From an uncultured Actinomycetota bacterium (GTDB lineage Bacteria > Actinomycetota > Thermoleophilia > RBG-16-64-13), in assembly GCA_963796315.1 (NCBI GenBank), contig CAWCLH010000020.1, positions 689,039 through 753,038 of the forward strand: DNA of 64,000 nucleotides. Reading direction: 5' to 3'. Below, piece after piece: positions 37,650 through 47,766 of this stretch (positions are counted from its first letter, which is position 1; each line of letters opens with the position of its first letter). The position numbers were made by a program, and so were the translations under genes. Under the pieces are notes generated by a model, which was not told where the DNA came from, did no database searches, and saw nothing but the letters and a program-made list of their open reading frames with translations.

Positions 37650-38702
37650 GTGAACGAGCGGGACAGGCACATCGCCACTCCCCTGCCGGGGCCGGACGTG
37701 CACGTGCACGATTGGGGCGCGCTTGCGCTCGACTACGTCGACGGGACGCTGGGCCCGGAAGCCTCGTCGGCGGTGGAACAGCACCTCGCCTCCTGCGAGG
37801 AGTGCCGCTCGGTCCTCGCCCAGCAGTCGGCGGCCGCCCAGGCGCTCACCGCGGCTTCCCTAGCCCCGCCGCCGGCCGAGTTGCACGCCGCCGTGTTCGC
37901 CGCCCTGGACCTCTCACTGGCCGCCGCACGACCGGCGCGCCGGAACTGGTGGACCCGGCTGGAGCCGCGGCTGCTCCGGCCCCGCGTCCTGCTCCCTGCC
38001 GCAGCCGCCATCCTGCTGCTCGCCGTGACGTTGAACGGCCTGCCCCTCGCCCGCTGGGCGGCCGACGAGTCCGCCACTACCACGTTTCCGGCGGAGATGA
38101 CGGTCGATGCCGGCCAGGCCGCCGGAGCCACCGCCACGACTGCCGCGGGGAACGCGATGGGCTTCCTGTCGTCGACCGCGACGACGAGTTACGCGGCGCC
38201 CAGTGCACCGTCGACGACCGTCAGCTTGGGGACCACACGGGGCACCACGTCGAGTGTCACGCAGACGGCCTCCGATGCGTGGGAACCGAGTGCCTCCCTC
38301 CTCACGCCTTACCTGGTGGAAGCCCGGGCCCCGGCCGACGGCCATCCGGCGGCCCTGCTCGTCAGCTCCTCCCTCGGCGTGAGCCCGGTGACATCGAGTC
38401 TCTGGCTGGGCGGGCCGACCTTCGCCGTGCTGGTGCCCCGGATCGAGCTGAGCGCCCTGTTCGCCCGCCTCGAACGCACCGGCCTCACGCTGAATGCGTT
38501 CGCGCAGGGGAGCGCGCGCCCTGGTTCGCCGGCCGCGCTCCTGGCTCACGCGTGGCGCAGCTATCCCGTATTGGTGGCTCTGAACGTGGGAGACCCGCTG
38601 GGACCGGTGTTTATCCCGCAGACGCTGGGCCCTACCCCGGGGGACACGCCGCCGGCCGGCCTGGCCCTAGTCGTCGTCACCGCGTCGGATCAGGTCAGGT
38701 AG
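37650..38702 (+). CDS. zinc-finger (zf-HC2/ZAS) transmembrane anti-sigma factor
   Basis: DYVDGTL..EQHLASCEEC (HxxxCxxC), one TM segment, Thr/Ser-rich linker and an extracytoplasmic domain; directly follows the sigma gene. Confidence 0.88.
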   Translation: MNERDRHIATPLPGPDVHVHDWGALALDYVDGTLGPEASSAVEQHLASCEECRSVLAQQSAAAQALTAASLAPPPAELHAAVFAALDLSLAAARPARRNWWTRLEPRLLRPRVLLPAAAAILLLAVTLNGLPLARWAADESATTTFPAEMTVDAGQAAGATATTAAGNAMGFLSSTATTSYAAPSAPSTTVSLGTTRGTTSSVTQTASDAWEPSASLLTPYLVEARAPADGHPAALLVSSSLGVSPVTSSLWLGGPTFAVLVPRIELSALFARLERTGLTLNAFAQGSARPGSPAALLAHAWRSYPVLVALNVGDPLGPVFIPQTLGPTPGDTPPAGLALVVVTASDQVR

Positions 38703-39325
38703 AAGTACAGGGCGTAGAGCATCTCCTCGGCCGGGTTGATCGTGTGCACCGTCACGGCTTCCGGCACGGCGATCAAGGTCTCGGTGTAGTTGAAGATGAT
38801 GCGCACCCCGCCCTCGACCAAGGCGTCCGCGGCCTTCTGCGCCTCGGCGGGCGGCACCGCGATCACGCCGAGCACGATGCCGCTCTCGCGGCAGCGCTCG
38901 GCGATACGGCTGTTCGGTTCGATAGGGAGATCCCCCACCTGGCTGCCGATCTTGTGAGGATCGTTGTCGAACGCGGCCACGATGCGGAAGCCGTGCTCGC
39001 GGAAGATCGAAGAGGTCGCGATCGCGCTCCCCAGATGTCCCACTCCCACCAGCGCGATGTTGTGGATGCCGCTGGTGTGCAGGATCTCCTGGATCTGCGA
39101 GATCAACGAATCGATGTTGTAGCCCACGCCGCGCTTGCCGAACTTGCCGAAGGTGGAGAGGTCGCGTCGCACCTGAGTGGGGTTCACGTTCGCGTGCTCG
39201 CTGATCTCCTGGGAAGAGATGCTGTCCAAGCCCTGCTTCTTTGACTGGGTCAAGATCCGCAGGTAGGCAGACAGCCGTGCCGCGACACCCAACGTCAACT
39301 TCTCGGCCACCTTCTCGTCCTCCAT
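38690..39325 (-). CDS. rex: redox-sensing transcriptional repressor Rex
   Basis: RLSAYLRIL..ISSQEI..QVRRDLSTFGKFGKRGVGY, LVGVGHLGSA, AAFDNDPHKIG. Confidence 0.96.
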   Translation of the reverse strand: MEDEKVAEKLTLGVAARLSAYLRILTQSKKQGLDSISSQEISEHANVNPTQVRRDLSTFGKFGKRGVGYNIDSLISQIQEILHTSGIHNIALVGVGHLGSAIATSSIFREHGFRIVAAFDNDPHKIGSQVGDLPIEPNSRIAERCRESGIVLGVIAVPPAEAQKAADALVEGGVRIIFNYTETLIAVPEAVTVHTINPAEEMLYALYFYLT

Positions 39326-39377
39326 GCTTCCCCCAGATCCGGGCTCACGACGTCGACCGCCACAGCTCTCCAAGAGC

Positions 39378-39395
39378 TTGTGAACACTTTCCCAT
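39378..39395. promoter_or_regulatory. candidate Rex operator (autoregulation)
   Basis: TTGTGAA-CACT-TTCCCAT versus consensus TTGTGAA-N4-TTCACAA (2 mismatches), 53 nt upstream of rex. Confidence 0.65.
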
Positions 39396-39454
39396 AAAAT
39401 GCCAAACCGCACAAGCTGCCCCGACGAAGCCGACGCCGTTCACTCGGGTCCTGC

Positions 39455-40093
39455 TCAGCCCCCCGTCTGTTCGTCGGGCGGGAGGGCTTCCATGCCCGCC
39501 TGATACGCGCGCACAGCGTGACGCACGCGCGCTAGGCGCTGGCGCAGTTGCTCGGTTGCGTCGAGCGGTGAGGCCTCCGGCGGACGCGGCATCTCCGCCT
39601 CCTCCAAGTCCTGGAGCGCGCTCTGAAGCTCGCCCGGGGAGAGGTCGGCCAGCGCCTGCAGGTCCTGCTGCATCACCCGATGGCTGGCCTCGGCCACCCG
39701 ATCCATCTGTCGACGGACCACCGGGTTATACACGGCCCCGGGGTCGATGCGCGCCGCGATCTCGTCCACCTCGCGCACGATGTCTTCTTCGCTCGCCCCC
39801 GGCTTGGGACGGATGGTCACCCGGCCGAAGGCGTCCTCCTCCACGGACTCGATCGACAGGAACGAGCGGAGGAACCCCTCGGCGAAGGCGACGGGAACGC
39901 TGGCGGCCGTGGCCAGGATATCGAAGACGTCGCGGGCGAATTCGCCGAAGGTCTGCGTCCGCACGTAGCTCGACTGGATGAGGCCAAGGACCATCGGACG
40001 CAGGACGGACTGACCGGGCGCTGACCGAATGTCGAGCAACGCCGGATCGCCCGAGGCGGCGGGGTCGACGGACTGGTCAAGATCACGATCCAC
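39455..40093 (-). CDS. hypothetical protein (~212 aa), no family recognised
   Basis: AGGAGG then GTG at 40093; open frame with high GC3 filling the gap between tRNA-Pro and rex. Confidence 0.8.
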   Translation of the reverse strand: MDRDLDQSVDPAASGDPALLDIRSAPGQSVLRPMVLGLIQSSYVRTQTFGEFARDVFDILATAASVPVAFAEGFLRSFLSIESVEEDAFGRVTIRPKPGASEEDIVREVDEIAARIDPGAVYNPVVRRQMDRVAEASHRVMQQDLQALADLSPGELQSALQDLEEAEMPRPPEASPLDATEQLRQRLARVRHAVRAYQAGMEALPPDEQTGG

Positions 40094-40129
40094 TGGTCCT
40101 CCTGGCGGGCTAAGTCCAGATAAAGGAGG

Positions 40130-40203
40130 TCGGGGTGCCGGGATTTGAACCCGGGACCTCATCGTCCCGAACGATGCGCGCTACCAGGCTGCGCCACACC
40201 CCG
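40130..40203 (-). tRNA. tRNA-Pro(CGG)
   Basis: CGGGGTG/CACCCCG-A acceptor; CATCG-TTCGGGA-CGATG anticodon arm. Confidence 0.95.
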
Positions 40204-40215
40204 CGGACGCGTATC

Positions 40216-43200
40216 TTACACGACCCCCGATGCCCCCGCCACCAGCAGCCGGCACAGCTCGTCCTGCTCGCAGCCCCGGCACTCGGGACCTTCCCGCGCC
40301 GGATACAATCCGGCCTGCAGGCCCGCGAGCGCTCCGTCCATCGCCCGTTCGAGGACAGGACGGTCGACCTGACGGAACGCCACATCGACCGGGCGGGACG
40401 GGTCGCGCAGGAGCAGGAAGCTGACCACCACCCGCTCCGCCCCGGCGAGTAACCCGGCCAGCGCGTACACCTTCGCCTGCAGGTCGTAGGGGGCAAGTAC
40501 CTCCTCCAGAGAGCGACCGTCGAGGCGGTTGGTCTTGTAGTCCACGATCCGCCACTCCTCGTCCCCTCGGAGCAGGAGGTCGAAGTAGCCGGTGAGCAGG
40601 ACGTCCCCGTGGACGAAGGAGAAGGGGACCTCCCGGGCTCCCTGAGCGAGCCGGGGATCGTCGACCAGGGACGAGTCCCAGAAGGCCGCGACCAGGGGAG
40701 CGGCCTCTCGGAACAGGGGTGTGGGCCCGTCTCCGAAGCCACCGAGAGCGGTCGCGCCGGCGGCGAGCAGACGATCGAGTCCGTCCCGATCGGGGCGGCC
40801 CCGGAGGTCGGCGACCTCCAGGGCCGCGTGCACCAGGGTTCCCAGAGCCCGCCCGTCGGGCTCGTCCGTGCCCCCACGGGCCGGAAGCGAAGGGTCGGAC
40901 TCTGGGACCTCGCCGTCTAAGGACGGAAGATGCAGCCCCAAGCACGCGCTCGAGGTAGTACCGCCGGGGACACTGCTCGTAGAGGTGCAGCGAAGAGAAG
41001 CTCACGGGCCCGCCCCCGACCCGGCCGGAGTACCGGCTGCAGGAAGGCGGGCGGCGGCGGCGCCCACGCGCCGGGGGCTTCCCCGCCGGCCTGCGATGCC
41101 CGGGCCTCGTCGTGACCGACGGCGTCAGGGCGAGGCAGGGAGTCGACCACCAAGTCGAGGCCGGTGACAGGCCGAAGCGGCCCGCCCTGCCAATCGCCCT
41201 CCACCCCCGCACTCGCGAGAAGACATGCCAGAGGATCGTCCCCGCCGCCGTTCCGCGGCGGGAGCCCGGTGACGATCACCCGCTCCTCGGCCCGGGTAAT
41301 CGCCACGTAGGCGAGCCTCTTCTCCTCCTCCGCCTCCTCGGCGGCCGCCTGCTCCCGCAGACGACCGATGGGGCCCAGTCCCAGGCGCTCCTCGTCCTTC
41401 TTGACGTACGAGGAGGGGAGCAGGATACCTCGGTCACCCTCCCGCCCCACCAGGAAGAGCGAGGACGAGCCTCTCGTCCGCGTCCGCCCGAGGCCGGCGA
41501 GCACCACCACGGGGAACTCGAGCCCCTTGGCCTTGTGGATGGTCATGATGCGGACCACGTCCTCGTTCTCGGCCAGGACCGCGGCGCTGCCCTCCTGGGC
41601 GGCCAGGTCGCCCCGCCGGGACAGGTGGGTGACGAACCGGCGAAGGTCGGGGCCTTCCACCGCCTCGAAGGCGGCGGCGAACAACTGCAGCTTCCTCAGG
41701 TTGGCGAAGCGACGCTTGCCCGAGGGTGCGGACAAGACCACCAGGTCGTAGTCGAAGGTCTCCAGGCAACGCTCGAGGAGGTCGGCCAGGCCCGGGCGGC
41801 CAAGCGATCCGCGAAGTGATTCGAGGCGTTCCCGGAACCGGCTGAGCCTCTGTAGCTCGACGGAGCCCGCCCCGTCCACCACGCCGCCACGCACCGTCTC
41901 CCAGAGAAACTCTCCCTGGTCGGCGCGGAGTTGCCGGTGCAGCAGGTAGAGGAGGTCGTCGGAGCAGCCCGCCAGCGGCGACCGCAGGACGGTGAGCAGG
42001 GCCAGGTCATCGCAAGGGTTGACCAGCACGCGGAGCAGCGCCAGGAGGTCGGTCACCTCCTCTCGAGCATAGTAGCCGCGACCGCCGACGACGTAAGCAG
42101 GGACGGCGGCCTGCTCGAGCGCGTCCTCGAACTGCTCTACGTGGGTGAAGGAGCGCAGCAGAACGACGATGTCGCCCGCGCTCCAGCCCTCCTCGTCGAT
42201 CAGCCTGCGGATACGCTGCCCGACTCCCCGGGCCTCGCGCTCGCGGTCCGGATCGTCCCCCCGTCCTCCTCCGTCGGCCTCCGCGAGCAGGAGGATCTCC
42301 ATCGCCGGTCCGAGCACGGGGTCTGACCCCTCGCGGCCGCGACGCGGACCCTCGGCGCCGCGGTGCGCCCGAAGGCGGGGAAACTCAGCACCGAAGAGCC
42401 GCTGGCCGGCGAAGAGATGGTTGATCACGTCCACGAGCGGCCCCCGCGAACGGAACGTCGTCGCCAGGGGCAGGACGGCGGCCCGTCCGCCCTCCCCCTC
42501 GCCGCACCGGTCGCGTCGCTGCAGGAAGACCTGAGGGTCCGCCCCCCGAAACGCGTAGATGCTCTGGTGGTAGTCCCCTACGGTGAGCAGGGTGCCTGCG
42601 CCCAGGCGGTCGATCAGACGGCACTGCAGGGCGTTCGTGTCCTGGAACTCGTCGACCATCAGGCGGGCTTCCGGGGCGAAAGGCACCAGCCCGCCCTCGA
42701 GGAGCCCCACCGTGTGCAGCTCCAGGTCGGCGAAGTCCAACATCCCCGCCTCGCCCTTCCGCCCCTCGTAAGCAGAGTGAAACTGTTGAAGGAGGCGGTC
42801 GATCGTCCGGGCCAACGGCACCAGGCAGTGGGCCGCCAGCACCCGCCGGTAGCTCTCAAGCGCCTCCCGCGCTTCCGCGAAGAGGGGCTTGGCTTGAGCG
42901 GCGCAGTTCATCGCCGGGAAGTACCGCAGGGTGCGTCTCAGGCTCAGGAGGGTGTCGGCGCTGCCGGGAAGCCACGCGCGGCACTCCCGCAGGAGCTCCG
43001 TGTTGCGCACGGCCGTCTTCGTATCGAAGCGGGCGGTCTCCCCGCAGACCCGATCCAGGACCCGACCGAACGCCTCCTTGGCCGGCCATAGGTCGGGAGG
43101 GTCCTCCACACGGAATCGAGGAGAGCGCTCGCCGGCGCCCCTCAACCGATCGTAGGCGGAGACCAGTTGGCCTTCGATCTCTCCTCGGAACCGCGCCATC

Positions 43201-43643
43201 AGGTCCAGCTCCGCCGCTCCCGCCTCGCCGACGGCCCGCGCCCAGACGTCGCGCCACACCTCCGCGCGAAGGAGAAGGGACGCGTCCTCGTCCAACAGTC
43301 CGAACTCGGGGTCGAGGCCGGCCTCCAGAGCGTGCTCTCGCAGCAAGCGGGCGCACAGGCTGTGGATGGTGCCGATGGGCGCCGCCTCCAGGGACCAGGC
43401 CAGGTCGGGTCTGCCCCGATCCAGCATGGCCCGCCGGATACGTTCCTTCAGCTCGGCAGCCGCTTTGCGGGTGAACGTCACCGTGGGCAGCAGCTCGATC
43501 GGGACCGCCTGATCGACGGCCGCTCGTACGTACCGCTCCACCAACAGCGAGGTCTTGCCGCTGCCCGCCCCGGCCGCGACGAAGACGGTGGGCTGGGCAG
43601 CATCCAGGACCCGGCCCTGTTCCTCGGTGAACGACAGCGTCAT
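40216..43643 (-). CDS. AddA/AdnB-type UvrD helicase with C-terminal PD-(D/E)XK nuclease, frameshifts near 41015 and 40945
   Basis: AGAGSGKT, TFTRKAAAELKERI, TIHSLC, VDEFQDTN, VGDYHQSIYAFRGA, MTIHKAKGLEF, LAYVAITRA; nuclease GYFDLL..IVDYKT..Q..Y. Confidence 0.92.
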
Positions 43644-46600
43644 CGTCTCCCCCGAGAGCGGCAGAGGGGACCCAACCGGCAGTAGGAGGGGCAGGATCGG
43701 GGAGACTCCGGCTGGATGCGACCCGCCCGCATGCCCTGGGCCGCGGCCCGCGCGGCGTCGAGGCAGGCGGCGAGCTCCGCCTCGAAAGCATCCTCCTCCA
43801 CCGCGGCGCTGCGCGACAGCCACGACCCCAGCAAGGGGGCGTGCTCTTTGAGGACCATGCCCCGCCGCTTCTCCGAGGCGAGCGCCACGTAGCCCCCGCC
43901 GGCCAGCCGCCGCTCCGGTGATGCGGCGCGAAGAGCCGACAGGTAGAGCGGGACCTGGAGCGCGCCGTTGGGGGCGAAGGTCGGACCGTAGGCCGTGCCG
44001 CCGCTCTTGTAATCGATGACGAAGACCGGCCCGTCCGCCGGTCCCACGTCGACGCGGTCGATCCGGCCGGACAGCCGGAAGCCGTCCAGGTCGACGCCGT
44101 CGCCCGCCCCCACCTCCTGCTCGAACGACGTCGGGAGCATCGAGCTGCCCGTGACGGCTTCGGCCGCCAGGAAGGCGAGCACCCGCTGACGGACCTCGAG
44201 CCCGGCCAGCCTGCGTTCCGCAGCGTCTCCCCGAGAGGCGTAGGCCTCGAGTCCGGCGTCGAGGTGGTGGTCCACCAGCGCCGCGGCCCGCTCCAAGCGG
44301 TCCTCGTCCAGCGGCAGCAACCCTTCGGTCCGCAACGCCCGATAGACGTCGGCCAGCACCTGGTGCATCACGGTCCCCTGCACGCGCGCGTCGAAAGGCA
44401 GCTCCAAGCTGACCGGACGCAGCAGCCGCTCGACGAACCAGGCGAACGGACACTGCGCATAGGATTCCAGCTCCGATGCGGAGAAGACCTCTCGCGGGCC
44501 CAGGTGGGCGAGGGCCAGGGGATGCTCCAGCGTCACCGGCGGCCGCCGCCACCGGGGTAGGTCCTCCAGGTGACGCGGGGCGTCCGCCGGTGGGCGCCGA
44601 GCCAGGGCGCAGGCGCGCAGGTACGCCCGCCGGCTGACGGGCGGCAGGGGACGCAGGTCGGGAGCGCTCCCGCCCGCCACCGGTAGGCCGAGTGGACGCC
44701 TCCTCCACGAGCGGGTCGACCACGTACCCCAGGTCCCGGGAGCGCCACACCGGCGGGCTGCCCAACGCCTCGTACGAGGCCGTCCAGTACGGGGAGACGA
44801 CGGCCTCGGCGCCATCATCCTCCGCGTTCCGCGCGGAGAGGTACAGCAGCTGCCAGGCTCGGGAGAGGGCGAAGGCGTAGAGCGCGCGTTCCTCTCCGGT
44901 GTCCGGATCGGCCAGCAGGGGAGCCGAGGCCGCGTCGTTGAGCGCGCGCCGCTCCGCATGCGACAGGAGACCCGGGCGTCGGGGCACGCCGGGGAACTCC
45001 CCGTCGACCAGACCCAGAAGGAAGACCACCTGCCAGCGACGGGCCCGCGCCCGATGCACGCTGAGGACGTGGACGACTCCACGGGCTTCCTCTCCCCCGG
45101 TGCGCACGGGCACCTGCTCCAAGACCGACGCCAACGCAGTCCAGGGAAGCCCGGCCTCCGCCTCGGAAGGGTCGGCGTGATGGCCCTCCCACTCGTCGAG
45201 CGTCCGCTCGAGCGCGGCCAGCGCCCGCGCATCCTCCTCCAGCTCCGCTCGAGGTGAGCGAGGCTCCCCGCGCCGCCGTGCGAAGGAGGCGGGCGGCGAG
45301 CGCGCGCAACTCCGCGACATCGGGACGAGCCCACCCTCCCTCTTCTGCGGGAGCGGCCCCGAGAGCCGCCCGGAACCCTGAAACCACCGTTGGCAGCGCC
45401 TGCTCGACCGCGGCCAGGAGCGCCTCTCCGGTGAGCCCTGGGTCCCGGATCAGGGTGGCTTCCAGCGTGTCGACAACGTCGGGGGGGATCCCGCTGAAAG
45501 GCGTACGCAGGTAGGTGAGCAGGCCGCTGCGGTCGGCGAGCGCGACCCCGCGAAGACCCGCCAGAAGGGCGTACCCCAGACCGGTCCGGCAGAAGGACAG
45601 CTCGCCGTCCAGGCGAAAGGGCACGCCCGCCCGCCGAAACACCCGTTCCATCACCTCCTGCCAGGGGCCCAGCTGGCGGACGAGGACCCCGATATCGTCC
45701 GGCGCCACACCCATGCGGAGGAGCTCCACGATCTCCGCTGCTGCGAGCTCCACCTCATTGCGACGCCCCGCCGAGAGGAGGAAGCGCACCCCCGCCAGCG
45801 GTCCATCCTCCGCCGGGGGCTCCGCTCCCGGTGCTTGGTCCGGGACGGCGTCGCCCGCGGCCAGCCGCTCGACACGGGCCAGCGCGCGTGACGAGAAGGC
45901 CCGCGGCTGCACCTCGAGCCGACGTACGGCCTCGGCCGTGTCCGTCCACAGTGAAGCCTCGAGGCCCGCGGAGGCGGCCGAGCCGGAGCTCGCCGCCCCA
46001 GACTCGTAGGGGAGCGCCAACAACACGGGGGCGTTCTGGGACAGGGCACGCAGCAGCCGGCGCTGCGACGGCGTGAACGACGAGAAGCCGTAGCAGGCGA
46101 CCGGCCTGCACCATCCGGTCGCCGCCTGTGCCGCCTCCAATGCGGCCTCCCCTCGCTCCGCCCGTCCTCGTCGTCTGCGCCGTTCGACGTACTCCTGGTG
46201 CAGCAGTGCGACGTCGGCGGCCACGGCTTCGGTCTCGGACGACCCCGCCCGCCAGTCGACAAGGACCTTCGCCACCTTGTCCGCCCCCAGTCCGCCGTCG
46301 GCCAGCTCCTCCAACAGCGCGGCCAGCCCTCGAACGGCGCCCGGCATCCCGCGGACGGCGCCCAGCCTAGGATAAGGGGAACCGCTCGAGCAGGGCGGCG
46401 GTCAGCAGCAGGCGCTCGGTGCGACCCATCAGCCGGGGGCGCCGCCCCAGCACGGACGCCACCACGCCGTCGAACGTCATGACCGGCCGGCTGCCCACCA
46501 CCGGCCCGATCCGTCGCAGCAACTCGAGGGAGACCGCCTGCTCCGCCGGCCGGGTGGGCACCACGATCACCGGTTCTGACACCCGCCGCTCTTCCCACCA

Positions 46601-46669
46601 CCCGATGACGTGGCCCAACTTGCCCGCATTGGGCGGGCCGAGCACGAGCGATATCCCAGAGTCAGCCAT
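43640..46669 (-). CDS. AddB/AdnA-type helicase-like scaffold with C-terminal PD-(D/E)XK nuclease, frameshifts near 46360, 45250 and 44700
   Basis: N-terminal GPPNAGKL, YGFSSFTPSQ, GLVDGEFP, ERALYAFALSRA; nuclease FSASELESYAQCPF..GRIDRVD..IDYKSG..LQVPLY..CPSYCRLGPLC. Stop overlaps the partner ATG (ATGA). Confidence 0.88.
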
Positions 46670-46676
46670 GCCCGGG

Positions 46677-46698
46677 ATTCTAACGCAGCCCTCGGACA
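46677..46698 (-). promoter_or_regulatory. PafBC/RecA-NDp-type promoter driving leaderless addB-like gene
   Basis: TGTCCG-N10-TAGAAT, then 7 nt to ATG 46669; known mycobacterial motif is TGTCGG-N10-TAnnnT. Confidence 0.75.
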
Positions 46699-46737
46699 GA
46701 CCACCGTTCCGGCCGACAGGTGCGCTACCCTTGCGTC

Positions 46738-47766
46738 ATGCCCCGCGATGACGAGAAACTGCTGCGCCAACTCTCCTTGGTCTCGTATCTGCTCTCTTCC
46801 GGCCGGCCGCGTTCCACGCGCGACATCCAGAGCTCGGTAGAGGGTTACGCCACGATGAAGGACGAGACGTTCGCCCGCCGTTTCTATGCCGACCGGGACG
46901 ATCTGGCCACGGCCGGCGTGGTGATCGAACAGGTGGACGATGCGGACGACCCGACCGGATACGCTTACTCCCTTCCCGCTCAGAACTACTACCTGGCCGA
47001 CCTCCACCTGACCGACGAGGAGCGGCGCAGCCTCGCGCTGGTGCTCGCCGTCATGGAAGGCCACTTCGCGTACGCGCGCCCGTTGCGCCTGGCTCTGGCG
47101 AGCCTCTTGGGCGGCCAGACGGGCCCCAGCGGTGACGACGTCGACCGGCTGGCCATCCGCCTCGCCGCCGATCGAGAAGCCTCTGCCGCAGGTGACCGCC
47201 TCGCCCGGCTGGACGAAGCGGTCGCACGCGGCAAGAGCGTGGTGTTCGATTACCGCACCGTCCGGGGCGATCACGCCGCCCGCACGGTCGACCCGTACAG
47301 CCTCTTCCGTATCGCCGGTCACTGGTACGTGGTCGGGCTCGATCACGACCGCGTCGACCTGCGCATGTTCCGGCTGGGACGCATCCAGGGGGCGGTCCAC
47401 TTCCTGACCAAGAAGCCGCGCGACTTCTCGATCCCCGACGACTACGATCCGGAGGCTTTTCGCTCGCGTCCCCCCTGGCTGCTGGGGACCGCGGTAGGAG
47501 TGGCCCGGGTCAGACTCGACCCGGCACTGAGCTGGTGGGTCGAGCGGACCTACCCCGGCATCCCCGCTCGCGCCCACGCGGAGGTCGCGGGCTGCGAGGC
47601 GGAGAACGTCGCGATCGATCTGCCCTACGCGGACGCTCACGCCCTGATCTCCTGGGTGCTGGGCCTGGGCGAACAGGCGGAGCTGCTGGGACCCCCCGAG
47701 CTCCGCGCCCGTCTGCTGGCGGGCCTGGACGCGATCCTCGCCGCGCACGAGGCCCCCGATGCCTGA
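46738..47766 (+). CDS. pafB: wHTH-WYL-WCX transcriptional regulator, PafB-like
   Basis: LSLVSYLL..IQSSVEGY..ETFARRFYADRDDL N-terminus; RTVDPYSL..GHWYVVGLDHDRVDLRMFRLGRI; WVLGLGEQAELLGPPELR. Confidence 0.85.
   Translation: MPRDDEKLLRQLSLVSYLLSSGRPRSTRDIQSSVEGYATMKDETFARRFYADRDDLATAGVVIEQVDDADDPTGYAYSLPAQNYYLADLHLTDEERRSLALVLAVMEGHFAYARPLRLALASLLGGQTGPSGDDVDRLAIRLAADREASAAGDRLARLDEAVARGKSVVFDYRTVRGDHAARTVDPYSLFRIAGHWYVVGLDHDRVDLRMFRLGRIQGAVHFLTKKPRDFSIPDDYDPEAFRSRPPWLLGTAVGVARVRLDPALSWWVERTYPGIPARAHAEVAGCEAENVAIDLPYADAHALISWVLGLGEQAELLGPPELRARLLAGLDAILAAHEAPDA

Noticed and set aside
40917-45320. 1467-aa AddB-AddA fusion ORF
   Set aside because: Artefact of a frameshift near 44700. The true AddB nuclease frame ends at 43640 with an ATGA overlap onto the AddA start.
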